A DNA stretch of 61,733 nucleotides, counting the filler, from Choristocarpus tenellus KU-1152 (taxonomy: Eukaryota > Protista > Phaeophyceae): NCBI GenBank assembly GCA_964200185.2. It is 14 parts of 14 records of this genome, joined end to end, with 100 filler letters (N's around TTAATTAATTAA, not from the genome) between each part and the next. Parts side by side here need not be neighbours in the genome. Positions count along the whole stretch, not along the records: positions 38,844 to 43,508 come from CAXNAD020013554.1; positions 43,609 to 46,835 come from CAXNAD020021403.1; positions 46,936 to 50,434 come from CAXNAD020019618.1; positions 50,535 to 56,303 come from CAXNAD020009798.1; 10 more parts are not named here. One strand, 5' to 3'. Shown one piece after another: positions 40,183 through 54,083 of the stretch. A program made the position numbers and the translations under genes. The notes below the pieces were generated by a model. That model saw nothing but the letters and a program-made list of their open reading frames with translations, had not been told where the DNA came from and searched no databases. How positions within the stretch are numbered: position 1 is the stretch's first letter; each line of letters starts with the position of its first letter.

Positions 40183-40483
40183 GACCCAAAGTATTTGGGG
40201 GGGGGGAGGGGGGGGGCTACACCAGGGTGTCTATTTTTGTGTTTTCTACAAAATACCGCCGCCCCCTTTCTGGATGCGGCCAACAAAAAAAAAAAGGGGC
40301 GGGGGGTGGGGGGGGGGGGGGGGGGGGGGGGCTACACCAGGGTGTCTATTTGGACCAAAATCAGGAAAAATGCCTTTACGTTGTCCATCATCGGACGTAT
40401 GCAACCAAATCACCCAAAAATCGGAACATGAAAAAATTGACCCCAATTGGACAGCCGCCACCCCCTCCCAGATACTTTGAGCC
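40183..40483. mobile_element. MITE family B with internal duplication of the poly-G/CTACACCAGGGTGTC block
   Basis: GACCCAAAGTATTTGGGG ... CCCAGATACTTTGAGCC. Confidence 0.85.
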
Positions 40484-41293
40484 AAACGCAAGGAGCACAT
40501 TTACCACCACATATACCTTAAATAAGTCTTCGGATACACCCCACTTTAGGTTTGTCGATCACACGCCAGACATTCTACATCTTCATCTTGCTGAGGTGTG
40601 TGGCCAATGTTCGTGACCCAGACCTCTCGATTACCTCAGTCGTGTGGGCTTGGATGAATCCATCTGTTCATACAGGATTATTATGCCCTCTGAAGTACGT
40701 TTATCTTTAGTTCAGTACAGTGCAAAGTAGTAAATATGTAGCAGTATGATGAGTCAGTGTTTATTCAACATCAGTGATAATGAATGGCTGGCGGGCAATT
40801 TATAACTCAGTGTGTGTTCACCATGTATCTCAACCGGGGCCTTTGGGTGATGGGCCTTTCATGCACAACGCTATTCAATACGCGTATAAGCGCCCTTACA
40901 CCAACATACCCTAGAGGAGGCTCAGCTGGAGGTCTGGATTGATGAAAGTTGAGGAAGTGAAGACTGGACGTTAGAGACCACCATTCTGCAGCGCTTCACC
41001 TGGTGGCTGTGCAAACTCCTTTGATTTTTCTGCTGTTTTGTTTTACAAGAGTTGCATTGTTTGATATATTTCGTCTGTTTTCCATCGAGACTACCCTTTG
41101 TGAGTTGTGTGAATGATGAGTCTATTGGAGTGTTAGGGGATGAATTCCCTCTAGAACCCAAGACTGTAATAACAGCACATATTTCTCCTGAATGTGATTT
41201 ATAGGATCCAATTTGAGTAGAAGAGCTGTCTGGTTTGTTGTTTAAATGACAGTTGAGTAGAGGCCGAGTTACTCCTGTGACGCAGTACAATTT

Positions 41294-41816
41294 GAGTGAA
41301 GGTGTCTTGGAGGGCAGGGGTTTTTCTTTGTTTGTCCATTTGGGGCTTAACTGCCCACATGTTTTTAATGATATTTTGAGCCAGAGCATCTTGGAGGTTA
41401 GAGCCGCGTCCATTTCGGGATCAAAATCGAATGTTGTGATTTTGATGTAATTTTTGTCCATCGTGTTTTTTAGGAAGTGTCAACATCCATGTTCTGGAAA
41501 CATCTTTTCATAACGTACACACTTTGCCTACTTCGAAACATTTCGGAGTAGGAAAATGTCATAAAAAAACCCCGTGGGAATCCAAGTCCCAAATGGACAA
41601 ACAGGGAAAAACTCGTACCCTCTAAGATACTTTCACTCTTTTACCTACTCCAAAATATTTCGGAGTATGTAAAATGTGTACGTTATGAAAAGGAGTGTGA
41701 AGAACAAGGGTATTAGCATCCCCTAACAAAAATGATAGCCAAGATTACATCAAATTTGCAACATTGGATTTTGGCCCCGAATGGACGCGGTTCTACCCTC
41801 TAAGATACTTCGACTC
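41294..41816. mobile_element. MITE family A (outer, TSD ATTT) containing a nested family A copy 41378-41638 (TSD TTTT) in opposite orientation
   Basis: Two complete TIR pairs, both with perfect 4-bp TSDs. Confidence 0.92.
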
Positions 41817-41819
41817 ATT

Positions 41820-43440
41820 TACACCAAATAGATTCACTAGCACAAGTTCATGAATTTGGTAAGGTAGTAAGATATAAGGCATATCTAGTAGCAAGAGGAC
41901 TATAATGAGACTAAGGAATTAGATTACTGTGATACATTTGCCTTGACGACATGGCCTGTATGTTCAAGAATGTTTTGGCATTAGGTACAGACAAGGATTC
42001 ATGCGTTGGACTATGAAGCAGAACTTTATTTGAGCAGGAATCAGAGAGGAAATATTTTGTTCGTTCATGTGATGGATGTAGTCGATTCAAAGTATCTTAG
42101 AGGATAGACCCGCCTCCATTTGGGGGCCAAAATCGAATGTTGCAATCTTGATGTAATTTTGGCCGTGTCGTGTTTGTTGGGAAATGTCCATATCCTTGCT
42201 CCGGACATATACATGATACCTACTCCAAACGTACACATTGTTCCTACTCCGAAAACATTTCGGAGTAGGAAAACGTGATAAAAAACCCGTGGGAAGCCAA
42301 GCTCCAAACGGACAAACAGGGCAAAAATCGTACCCTCTAAGATACTTTCACTCAGTTGTGATCAGGAAAGATTGACGCGTTTAGTGAAAGCACTTACAGC
42401 ACCAAACAGGCTAGAAGGGAGTTTAATCATTTGTTGGTGCACGTTTGGAACAATGTGGTTTTGCGCAATGCAGAGCAGATCCTGTGTGCTAGGCTATGTA
42501 AGAGATGGCGTTGTTTGTGCTGTGATAGCCCCCCACGTTGACTATCTTTTTGTAGCAGATATAAATGATATTTTGTTTTGGGTTCACTCCAGGATTAAGG
42601 AGCAGTTTTCAATATATGATTTTGGTGACCTTGAGTACTATATGGGTTGGGAGGTATCACGTGACAGAAATGCAAAGATGGTCAGAATCAGCCAGAACAA
42701 GTACGTTAAGAGGTTTTGTCAAAGATTTGGTATGGATGGGCAAAGAAGAGGGCGGTACCCCATGATCTTTCAAGGACCTTAGGCAAGAATGAGGATCATC
42801 CAAGTGTTGATGAAAATACACCGTACTGAGTGATGGTTGAAAGTCTGATGTGGGCAGTTGTTATGCCAAGGCTAGATATTGCAAATGCGGTTCGTGAGGT
42901 TGCCAAGTACAGTAATAATCCTATAGTCACACATTGCCGTGCAGTGAAATGTATTTGAGCATATTTGGATACGCGTTCAATGCTGGATTGAGATTTGGTG
43001 GTTTTGATACTGAGTGTGAGTTGAGTGCATATGTTGATGCTAGTTATGCTGGAGACTGGGACGATTGTAGAACAGTGACTCGAGGAGCAATAATGATTGC
43101 CGGAGGAGCAATATCTTGGGTGTCAAAGGTTCAAAAGGTTGTAGCCCTGTCTTCAAAGGAGAGTGAGTATATAGCCCTTAGCAGTGTAGCACAGGAGTAG
43201 CTTTTCTTGCGAAGTGTCTTGAGTTTATTCAGCCGCAGTTTTTTAGGTGTTGCATTGATATGTTCGAGGACAATGATGGTGCATGCGCAAACTAGTACGA
43301 AATGCCACAAGTTCTACTAGAACAAAGCACATTGATGTCCGACACCATTTTCTGAGGGACTTAGCGAGAAAAGGAGAGATTCGTGTTGTTTTGGTTGGTA
43401 CTCTTGCAAACTAGAGGGGAGATGTATTGACAAATAATTT
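41820..43440 (+). mobile_element. Degenerate Ty1/copia pol (RT-RNase H)
   Basis: KVVRYKAYLVARG, DYCDTF, HVDYLF, DFGDLEYYMGWEVSRDR, AYVDASYAGD...GGAISWVSKVQKVVALSSKESEYIALS, FEDNDGA, RTKHIDVRHHFLRD; stops, frameshifts and MITE insertions. Confidence 0.9.
42084..42353. mobile_element. MITE family A inside copia RT
   Basis: Both TIRs; TSD AGTC/AGTT (1 mismatch). Confidence 0.88.
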
Positions 43441-45834
43441 GCAAGTAAGAATTGGCTGAAAGTATCTGGGAGGGGGTGGCGGCTGTCCATTTGGGGTCAA
43501 TTTTTTCANNNNNNNNNNNNNNNNNNNNNNNNNNNNNNNNNNNNNNNNNNNNTTAATTAATTAANNNNNNNNNNNNNNNNNNNNNNNNNNNNNNNNNNNN
43601 NNNNNNNNCAAATCATAGCGGTGCCCTCCACAAGCACCGAAATATTTTTGAACAAAAACATATCCCATTCGTAGTGGGGCCCTTCAAAAGTGCTGCAACA
43701 TTTACAAAAAAAAACATATGTGCACTTTCCGCGCACCATTCCGGGTCTCGCTCATCCTCCATAAAAGTCTCCATCCTCAATTTTGGCGATCGGCTGTTCT
43801 AGGCACTCTAAAGCACTATCATTTTATGTAGCGTGTGACAGATTGTCAAGTTCACTAACAAATATCAAAGAGCATGATTTTTTTGACGACCACGATGATG
43901 TGTGCACTTCGTAAAAAAAATTCCTGATGTATTGGAGGGATGAAGATATATTGTAGACAAAGGTGGCAACATGTGATGGTGCAAGTTGTGTCCGCTTACC
44001 AAATTTTTTGGTATCAACTATAGTACGGACGGCAGCCTCTCCGTTTTTGCCTACGATAGATTGAGATTGACCGGTTGCTGATATTGAGATGTTAAAAATA
44101 GTCTACTCTACATGAGGAACCGATGGTGATGACCACCCTCCCTCTGTTTTGTTCTGTGGAAGGATGCTGTTTTAGCGAGTGTACATATCATCACTATTGT
44201 TCTGAATAGCGTTAATCTTAATCTGACCAGGCGAGCTCTGTATCACCTATGTTTCCATAGGGTGGGGAGTTGTCCCATTGCCCAGTCTGGTTGTAATTTC
44301 TGACGACCATGGACCTTCCTTGTCAAAACATACTAACCCAAAACCTGATCTTGTTGAAGTCTTGGAAAGTTCTGGAGCAGCCTTGTTCTAACACATTTTA
44401 CCGCAAACTGGTACGGTTGAAATATCTGATGGCCCTGGACAGACCCTGTTATCCCATAACATATTTCACCAGGGCTAATCCTGTGGTCTATTCCATCACA
44501 TTTTACCCAGCAGTAAGGTGAAAAGCCCTGGAATTCCACTTAGTGAGAAGCTCATTTACCCCTAATAATGACACAAACAATGCCATATTTCGAAGTAGAT
44601 AGCATTAACTGCTCTGTCTATATATCTCTCGCTCATACCATACTCCCCACTAAAAACAAGTCCATTTGAAGTTTCCCATTTCCAAATTGAAAAAACAAAA
44701 ATAGAAATGAGTACCTGGAAAAAACAAACTCAAAAGCAAAGAGACTGTGTTTCCTATAGATTCCTATAAATAAAAGAAAAACAGGAAGACAAAACTTCTT
44801 CCATAACACTCTTACTTCAATCATTGGGTAGAATTAATTATATATTGTTTGAGTCAACACAAATGATATGATGTAAGTAGGCTTAGGGAAGCAATGGGTG
44901 TTTGGTGGGGAGGTTGGATGTTATATATTAGGTTGTGTTTCGAACGTACTTCTCTGTGGTAGTCTTGACATGATGAGTTGATAAATTTGTTCACGATTGA
45001 TTATCACATGTTAGTTTGAGGTATGTTGTAGTGATCCTTGAAATAAAGAAAACAATGAGGAGATTTTGTGAAGAAGGAAGTAACATACCGCATGTTCGAT
45101 CCGTGATTAAAAAGGTAATCCCCCCCCCCCCCAAAAGCAGGACCAATGTGCCAGAAAAATGGCAGATCCATCAATCAAGTCGACAGCGATTACAAAATAA
45201 CAGAAAAAAAATGCAGATCCAGCACCAAGGATCATATTGGGTTCAAGAAATGTGCACATCTCCGTATCCACTTCAGAAAATCTAGGTTACTAATTCCTTA
45301 CATCCACTAGATGCAGCCACTACTACCATCAATACCATGGAGAGTATTTGTGAGGTTAGGCAAAGAAATCCTCCAGTGGTCCCCTCCCCCTCCAAACAAA
45401 GAAGAAAGAAGAAAACAATAAAAAATAAGTTCAGCAGTTCTTTATTTTCACACATGGTTGGTGGTCAAGGTTACTTCTGCATGGTGGACTGTGGATGCAT
45501 CAATCCCAGCGGTATTTTAGGCATCCATGAACTGTTTTGGTTCAACCTCCATTCATTTGTTCTACCTGTTTCACTCTTCTGTGAGAGAGAAACTCACTCA
45601 TTGACTGTGATATTGAACCCCTTGACGTTGTCTTAGAGGCACCAAAAACAGTTGTTCTCTGGACCTCCCTTCTCCCCCTTCGAATTTTTCTGAGATACTT
45701 GGGGAATCCATCATCGTTTATTCGAAAAAAAATGTTGGGGTTACAGGTTTATTCGTAGATCAAATAAAAGTAAATATGTACCTCTGTGAAACGAAACGGC
45801 AACTGAATAAGGGTGCTCTTCCGATTCCCTCCAG

Positions 45835-46484
45835 AATCCGTATATTCGACCCCAACTGACAAATGACGAACGCACTTTGTTACAGGGACACGTACTAGGT
45901 CAGGACTAGAAAAACTGTGTTGGTCGTGTGTTCGGCCTTCGACCATAAAAGTTTAGTGAGATATACAGAGCTTGGTCGTATTTACTTTACGAGGCAACAG
46001 TTTATGTTCTTTGTACCTTGGATGAATAGGGATCCTATCGAGAGAGACCCTGGATCCATTACAACCCTCATTTCTCGTGTCCACCACGTGTCCCGTAAGG
46101 GGTAGGAATGATATGCATGGATGAGGTCGGGGTGGGGAGAGATGTAAAGCGATGTCAATGACGGTATTTGGTCCGTCTCTGTGTAAATCCTAGGGAGCAA
46201 AGAGTGACCGAGAATAAAACGCTTTATACATACTTTGAAGCACTGATCAATACGCAGAACAATATATATGTAGAACTCTACCACGGGTGGGTGGAAGGAG
46301 AGTATCGTAGTCCGTGGTGTGGGGTGGACACGAGGAAAAATGGGGAGCGAAAACTCGAGGTTGGCCCCGTCGTCCAACTTGGCCATCAGCAAGAAGGGCA
46401 AGTTCAATGTGCAGTCCAAGTATGCAGAGGAGTACAAGGCAAGGAAGTTGGGTGTGGGTAGCGTTGTGAGAAAAGTGGTTGCAG
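45835..46484 (+). CDS. Hypothetical protein, three phase-compatible exons (45835-45898, 46030-46094, 46274-46484)
   Basis: Spliced open frame NPYIRPQLTNDERTLLQGHVLG-ILSRETLDPLQPSFLVSTTCP-NSTTGGWKESIVVRGVGWTRGKMGSENSRLAPSSNLAISKKGKFNVQSKYAEEYKARKLGVGSVVRKVVA; canonical AG/GT sites; no family recognised. Confidence 0.5.
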
Positions 46485-47412
46485 GTACAAAGGGTATTGA
46501 AAAGGGTGTACGCGTGCGATCGATGTGGCAAGTTTTCTTTGGCTAGTAACAAGCAGGATCAAAGTGAAGCGCACCTCGTCCTCAACTCCGCATTGTATAC
46601 ACTATGGAAATCTATAACACAGCGAAAACAGAAGGAAGTAAGCTATTGCCACGAAGGTGATACTATCAATTTTATTATCCATTATGAACTGCAGCATTAG
46701 CGTTGAATGAAGAAGACGCTGTAATAGCAAAACATATCCTTGGAATCTGTGCATGCATATCCACCATGATACATGATTCCTGGATGGATGGTGTGGCTCA
46801 AAGTATCTGGGGGGGGTGGCGGCTGTCCATTTGGGNNNNNNNNNNNNNNNNNNNNNNNNNNNNNNNNNNNNNNNNNNNNTTAATTAATTAANNNNNNNNN
46901 NNNNNNNNNNNNNNNNNNNNNNNNNNNNNNNNNNNCCCCCCCCCCCCCCCCGGCCCGTTGCAGTGTGTAAGAGGGTAGAGGATATAAAAAGAAATACCTC
47001 ATGTTTCTGTGCATATGACAATTAAAGAAAAATCTACTATCAACGGGATAGGACTATCACCTGAGTGTATACCCCTCTCATCACCTTCTCTTCAATGCAT
47101 GCACTGTGTTGTGTGTTCAAGTAATGCTAATACTAATGCTAGTGCTAATCGTGTCAATTGTCATGGTACATTTTCCTATAGTGCATGGTACATGTATATT
47201 TTGTTCTCAGACCATAAGAATCCAGGATAAGACTTGTTGAAATTCATGGTACTACACTAGTGCAACAATTTGTAAGAGTATCTAATATTCACCTCCTCTC
47301 ACACCCCAAACTGTTGGTCTGCCCTATCTCTTTCCCTGAAATTTCTCACGTCCCTTCTTCCCTCTCTATATCCACTTCCATACACAGCCCCTTCCTGAAC
47401 CTCTCCTCTCAG

Positions 47413-49936
47413 AGAAGAGGCAGTTGCTGGCAGAGGGCTTTGGGGACTGGACCAAACAGCAATACATGCTTTTTGTCAGGGCTAGTGCCAAGCATGGGAG
47501 AGCTGCATATGACAAAATAGCAGCTGAGATTGGAAAGACAGAAGAAGAGGTGAGGGGTGTGCTTGGCCTTGAGGTGCTGGTGAGGGAGATGCTTTAGGGG
47601 ATTAAAATGGTTCACTTTCTTTACTTTCTAAGGGGTGTGGAAGAGTACAGAGGGGGTAATGGTGGCCAGGGTTTGTCTTAGATTACACGAGGTATTTTTG
47701 AGTTGAAGTAACAGTTGTGAAAGGGGTGTGTGCATTTTTTTTATATTTTTATTTTTTTAACATGGAATTTTCGACCTCGTTTAAATGAAATCGAAGGCAC
47801 CTGAAAATGTTCATCAATAAGTATGAGTATAAGTATGACTTGAATGGTCATCAATAAGTATGGCTTCCTTCTGCAAACTTAATGTATTCACAAAACAACC
47901 TAACAGCCTAAATGTACAGTCTACAGCCGTAGACTGTGTGTTCCCAAAACAAGCACCACTTGAAAGTCAGCAGTGCCCACCCCTCGGTAACTTGGCTCTT
48001 AAAGTTTAGTTTACACATTTTGATGTTCTGGTCTGGAGTTCCATCCCTTTTTGTGCGGCGAGATTTTTAATCAGCTTCTGCTGTGTTAACTCTTTGGGTT
48101 GTTACATGTTATATTTTAGGTGGTTTACCTCTGGTTTGTATTGAATTGCTTTGACTGGGGTTGCATTGCATTGATTTTGTAACCCTAACCCTTTTCAGAC
48201 GGAACGATATGCCAAAGTTTTCTGGAAGAAGGGCGCGGAGGCGTTTACACCGGGGGAATGGGAGCGGCATGTGAAGAACATTGAAAAGGGGGAGCGGAAG
48301 ATAGATGAGATCAACAGGTTGGTATTTGGTTGGTATTTGCCTTCCTCCTTGTGCTGTGTTTTGTAAGCTTGTTTTTTCCCTTTATGTGTGTATCTGAGAC
48401 AATCCTGTAAAAGTGGTGTTTGTGGGATGATTGCTATCAACTAACAAGTGTGTATTACCTTCATGGGATGGTGCGTGGGGGTTTTGGAGTAGAGTTGGAA
48501 GGGGGGAAGGGTGGACAGGAAAGTGCAGTAGTGTGAATGGCTTCAACATATCTAGTACACTAAAAACATTCAACTTCAACTTCAACTTGCTAAGACTCCT
48601 TGTAGGAGTTGTGTCTGACCACTGCAGCAGCAGCACACATTGAGAGTAAGTAACTCTTTTTTTCCTTTATTCTTGGATGTTTTACATATATTTTTGTTCT
48701 TTCATTTTTTTTAATTGTAGTGTTTTTTTTAGAGGCATCTATTGTTTATGTTATCGCCTTGATTAATATATCACCTGTACACCCATCCCCTTACCTGTGA
48801 TAGATTGATGGGTGCAACCAAGAGCTTCATTTCTAAGTTTGCCAATCCGTGGGAACAGTTGACATTCCAGTACACAGGGGTACAGGGGAAGGTCTTTAAT
48901 GCACATGAGGACAGGTATGCACACAAAGAGTGTCCCTTTTAGTAGTAGGTAGGTAAGGGGGGGTTGGAGGGGTGTGGATGGTTGCTGAGGCTTCCGGGGG
49001 TAATGGTTTGAACTGTCTTGTTACACTACCTGTTGCTTTTTGGGTAGAGGTGGAGGTGGAGGTGGTGATTTGTGATGGTGTCTTGTCTTCTTTCTTTGTT
49101 GTAGGGAGGTATTGAAAGGAATGAGTATGAATGTTTGCAATACCAGTTTTTCAATACCAGTTACCACCTATAACCTAGTTACAACCTATTGAAAGAAACA
49201 AAACCAGTTTTTTCTTTGAGAGATAGAGGTAGATGCAGGTCTTGAAGCAAGTGATGAGGCAATTTTGAAGGAGGAGAGTTGCTTTCGTTGCAAATATTAA
49301 CTTCTGACAGTTTTTTTTGGGAGGGGTCTTGTGGTCTTCCGAGTTGTGGTTGAGAGTGGGATGGTGATGCCATACACACCTTTGATGTGACCATGACATT
49401 TTTGAATAAATGATTCGCCAGAATCAGTAGAGCCTTGTCATGACTTCTGACTTCATTCTTTACACTTTCATCACTTCAACACAAAATGCCACCCACAATG
49501 CAACTCCACACGGGATCGCGATCGCCATTGCCATCACCGCCTCTCTGGCCATGAGACAAGAACAGCTGGAAACAAATGATGATGGCATTGACTGTATAAT
49601 CACAAACCACTTCTTCTGTGCAACAGATATCTCTTGTGTTTGGCTCACAAATATGGATACGGTAGCTGGGACCAGGTCAAGGCCGCCATCCGGCGTAGTG
49701 ACAGGTATTAAACCCTTTGGTCAGAGGCTGCACACACAAGAGGTTCATTGGTGATCATGACAGAGGTGTCCACAAATAGAGCCATTTAAACACAATTTTT
49801 GTTGTTGTGTACCGCTGGCTACAATCAGGTTCCGGTTTGACTACTTCTTAAGGAGCTGCTCTGCGGAGGCTCTGGGTAAGAGGTGTGAGGCATTGATGAA
49901 GGCTGCTGAGAAGGAGGATGGAGAGTGGCATCGGAG
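47413..49936 (+). CDS. ISWI: ISWI chromatin-remodelling ATPase, SANT-SLIDE exons (47413-47549, 48199-48317, 48804-48914, 49627-49704, 49829-49936)
   Basis: EKRQLLAEGFGDWTK...FVRASAKHGR...GKTEEE|TERYAKVFW...NIEKGERKI...NPWEQLTFQY...FNAHEDR|YLLCLAHKYGYGSWDQVKAAIRRSDR|FRFDYFLRSCSAEALGKRCEALM; all junctions GT-AG and in phase. Confidence 0.95.
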
Positions 49937-51425
49937 GTGAGGGCTAGGGTGTACTTGGATTGACAGCGGATGACTGACTCTCTGTTGGGCATGTAGCTGT
50001 ACTTGGATTAGTAGTGCTGTCACTAGTGTTGTCACTAGTGTTGTAGTGCTTTGAACGGTGTGCTTTGATGTTGATGGTAGGGATGACTATGTTAATAGGG
50101 ATATATTTGGGGGTAGTTTCACCCTGTTTTTTCTTCGTTTGGTATGTAGGGCCTAAAGTATTTGGTTTCTTGTGGAGGGTAAGGGTGATAAAAAGGTGTA
50201 AGGGCTGTTAGTATTCATATAGATCTATACTGTTGTATTATATGTAGTCCATGCTTTTTGCATGAGATATGGGGTTAGGGTTAGGGTTAGGTTGTTGCGG
50301 TTGGATGTTGGATGTTGGATGAGCGGGATGCAGAGAGGCGGTTGGACAGGTGGTGGGAATGTGTTGGGTAGTGGACTCAAAGTATCTGGGGGGGGGGGGG
50401 GGGGGGGGTCAACACGGGGGGGGGGGCAATTGGGNNNNNNNNNNNNNNNNNNNNNNNNNNNNNNNNNNNNNNNNNNNNTTAATTAATTAANNNNNNNNNN
50501 NNNNNNNNNNNNNNNNNNNNNNNNNNNNNNNNNNATAGTTTTCATTGGTTTCCCCCTGACACATCTGCAAAATGTCAGAGGACATAATAATAATAAATAC
50601 ATATGTCGTTATTAGCCTTTAATCCTTTTTCGAACCCTCCCTTCCTCTAACGACTACAATACAAAGTGGTATAGTACATAGCGGTATGATGAGTCAATTT
50701 TAATAAGTGCGTCAGGTGGTGGGACAATGCAGACAATACAAGATATTCTACTCCATGCCGTCAGTGTATGCCTAACCAACAGCAGGTCTCAGTAATAAAC
50801 CTTCATAGGCGAAGCCTTACAACACCCAGGCCCTTTGGTTAACTCTCAGGTGCACTATGAAAACTCCCCTAAATTCCATCTCCACTCCTTCTGCTCAATT
50901 GATCTGAGTGTCCTAATAGCTGTTATCATCATTTCTCTCTCTAACCTGAATTGGTGTAGGCCGTGCTCCTCTGGTTTTGGGTGAGTTCTCTACTATTTCT
51001 CCTCAATGAGGATGCTGCCTGACTCCTAGCGATCATCTCCACCTCGCATCGTTCCATCTGTAATCCCCATCGTTGATTCCTAGTCCTAGATTAGCCTCCA
51101 CCTCTACATGATCCCTTGCCATACCTTCTGGTCCAGGGGAAATAAATGGAAGTGTTAGTGGAGTATTAGACATTGCATGTATCTTGTCCCTTACTGAGTC
51201 AACTCAGTTATCCACATTCCCAGACTAAAGCTACATACACATACCCCTGTCTACACTTCTACCTACCGACCACCAAGGTCAAGACAAATACTCAAGTTCT
51301 TACATGTACAACGTTCTTTTTTCACTGCTCCCAGGCTCCTAAGTGACAGTGCTGTGTCGGCAGTTAGAAGGTCAATTTATAGTGTTTGTGAAGTATTGGG
51401 ATTGACTCTTTCTTAGCTTCTATTC

Positions 51426-51958
51426 TGTTATAGGTGCCCCTCAGAACTCACCTCCACAGGATATGCAACTCAAATCCAACGACCTTAAAACGATACTACG
51501 AGGGGAGTCCACAGATGATAATCACGTACGGTGTCAGCTTGATGTTTAGCTCAGTTAATGTATCGCTTTTCGCTTTATCAAAAGAGGTACATCAAAAAGG
51601 AAGCTGAGGGCGTGGTGATCCGCATCAGCCTTCTATTAGCACCATCCACCATTTTTCTACAACCAAAGAGTTAAATAAGTCTGCAAATTACTATGTAGAT
51701 ACTTCAACCATAAATTTTTATTCTGCAACTTCCAGGAATTGGCGTCTATTCTGTAAGAATATATTTGAATTTCACATCTTACTCTGCATCTCCTATCAAA
51801 TCATCATTTATTGGGTAAGGCTACCTATGTATTACTAATATCGTATATTGTTCGCACTTGTTAGAACATGAGAAACAATGCTCACACTATACGTCTGTCA
51901 CAAATGTTCGTGTTTGCTAAAGCATGGGAAGAAATGCTCGTGCTATTCGCCTGTAACA
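51426..51958. mobile_element. TGTTA...TAACA element (Ginger-like / solo LTR), opposite orientation to the 54206 copy
   Basis: TGTTATAGGTGCCCCTCAGAACTCACC ... GCTATTCGCCTGTAACA; TSD not intact. Confidence 0.78.
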
Positions 51959-52949
51959 TGCCCCCCAGCGTGAACTAGCAATACATGTTTCACGCTTACC
52001 ACAGGTGATTGTCACTGGTTAAGGTAATAGATATCTTCAATCACCTCACATAATCTTGTGGCAAGGAGAAAGAAAGAAGAAAAAAATACATGAATCATGC
52101 TAGGCCCAAAACATATATCTTTATCAACTTGGAAAAATCTGTATCTAGCCTAATCGGAGTATAAATTTACTCTTTCTAAAGTACAGCTACCCTAAGGTGC
52201 CAAGTATAATCTTATTATTGCCTGTCTCTTGCCCCCCTAGCACGAAGTATACTGACGGCTGCTCGTGCGTAAAACAGGCAATAACATCAACATCACAGCC
52301 ACAAAAAAAGGAGAAAGATGGAACAAAACAAGGAATTAAGGGGATCAGCTACCTGTTCGGATAAAGATGAGAGAAAAAAAAGAAGTTAAACTAGGGATAG
52401 AGAAAAAAATGGAAAAAATGAAACAACAGAATAATATAAAATAAAAGAGGGGAAAAAATTCATAAAGTAAGGGGGATCAGGTACCTGATGTACACAGAAA
52501 AAAAAAATTCAAAAACACAAAATGACAACTTAAAATAATCAAAACATCTTATATAAAATTGCTATCTGTTCTGACGTGGGTTACTTTATGGTTTCAACTT
52601 TTTCTCTATTTTATGTTCCATGCAGGGACTACCTATTTCGTGCTTACCGCAGGCAATAATCATTTTCTGGATAATAAATATCCATCACCTTACATCATGC
52701 TGTGCGGTGGCATGCATAATTGCCATTTCATAACATAGGGGCTTCAGTTCCCACTCTGCCAGTTGTTCCAACATAGGGAGTCCATTTCCTAATTAACCCA
52801 TGAATCCCAACAATGATCATCAATCCCCTCGTTTCCTTTGAGAACTTTCTCAGCAAAAAAGATTAGACCAGGTACTGTACACCCACCAACAACACATATA
52901 TACCACCACCAGTCTCAGCAACAGGCCCATGGACTCAACGCAAAGCACG

Positions 52950-53450
52950 ATACTAATAGGAAGTGTGACGAATGTATGAATGTTTGTGGTGGCCGTGACC
53001 ACCTTTGCGTGTGGCGAGGGTGTGGCTACTCGGTCTTCCCTAGAATGCCAGTCGTATGTTTCGCTCCATCCTCCACACACCTACACCACCATTGGTCTAG
53101 ATCTTCTTCCGCAAATACATCCACTTCTAAGAAGACTCAGAGTCATCTTACGTGGAGGCACCACCACCAGTTTTTCTTCTGTTCTCTCCTATTCCCCTTT
53201 GGTTTCTCAGCTGCAAGTTCCCAAGCATCAACTTCTTGGACAATGGAGGATCCTCCATGCATGCCATGAGACATGCAAACAGCAGCCTCCGTTCGTTGTG
53301 TACAGCATATGTTTCACATATGTGTGAATATGACCGTCCTCATGACCCAGTGGTTGAGGAGACAGTTTCCTGGATGAATTTGGGGTCTGAACTTAAATCC
53401 GTTAACACCAGAGTTTAATCAAGACAATCTGGTTTTGATGATCGAATTCC
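52950..53450 (-). mobile_element. RTE-type LINE 3' remnant
   Basis: KPKGNRREQKKNWWWCL...EEDLDQWWCRCVEDGA resembles the RTE C-terminal tail also seen at 21300-21500. Confidence 0.5.
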
Positions 53451-54083
53451 ACATGGCAATTACAACAAATATATTTGTCCATCTATACACCTGCAGAGCT
53501 CTACTATCCTATATGTTGCTTACTCACAAGAACAACAGACCAAGACTGAGGTGGCAACATCGTGATGATTCGGCACAGGGTTGAAGGACATGGAGTGAGG
53601 AGGTGTGGGATGGCTGAACATCACGTTCGAGAAGAAAGCCACCAATGGAGGGAGTACGACTACTCGTAGTGCAACAATTTGTTTTAACAAACATTTGTAG
53701 TAGTTGGGTATGGTGATAAGTAGTATAGTGTATGATGGTCTCTGACTACAGATGGAATAGTTGTCGAACAAAATTGAAGAAATATGGTAGCAAAACAACA
53801 ACAATGTATTCATCTAGAACGATTTTAATAGTACTAGTTGTAAGCCTGCCTTTTTGGTCTCTCTAACCATAGCCCCAACTTCCTGTGTGGTACCATATCA
53901 CCACTTGTAGATCTGCCTTTTGACCTCCCTAACCTCGACAATCACAAGTTTAGGGTTAGGATGCAAACATCAAACCCCAGCCCTAACCCTCTACCGTAAC
54001 TCCTTGAACATGATTTTTTTCCTTTCATGAAAGCCTCTTGCCCTAACCCTTACAATGATACCTCTATATCAATATCAACACCA

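Noticed and set aside
47461-47480. Apparent frameshift in the ISWI exon
   Set aside because: Recount of the T run gives an intact frame (YMLFVRASAKHGR)
51430-51525. Exon-like segment bounded by AG/GT
   Set aside because: It is the terminus of the repeated TGT..ACA element
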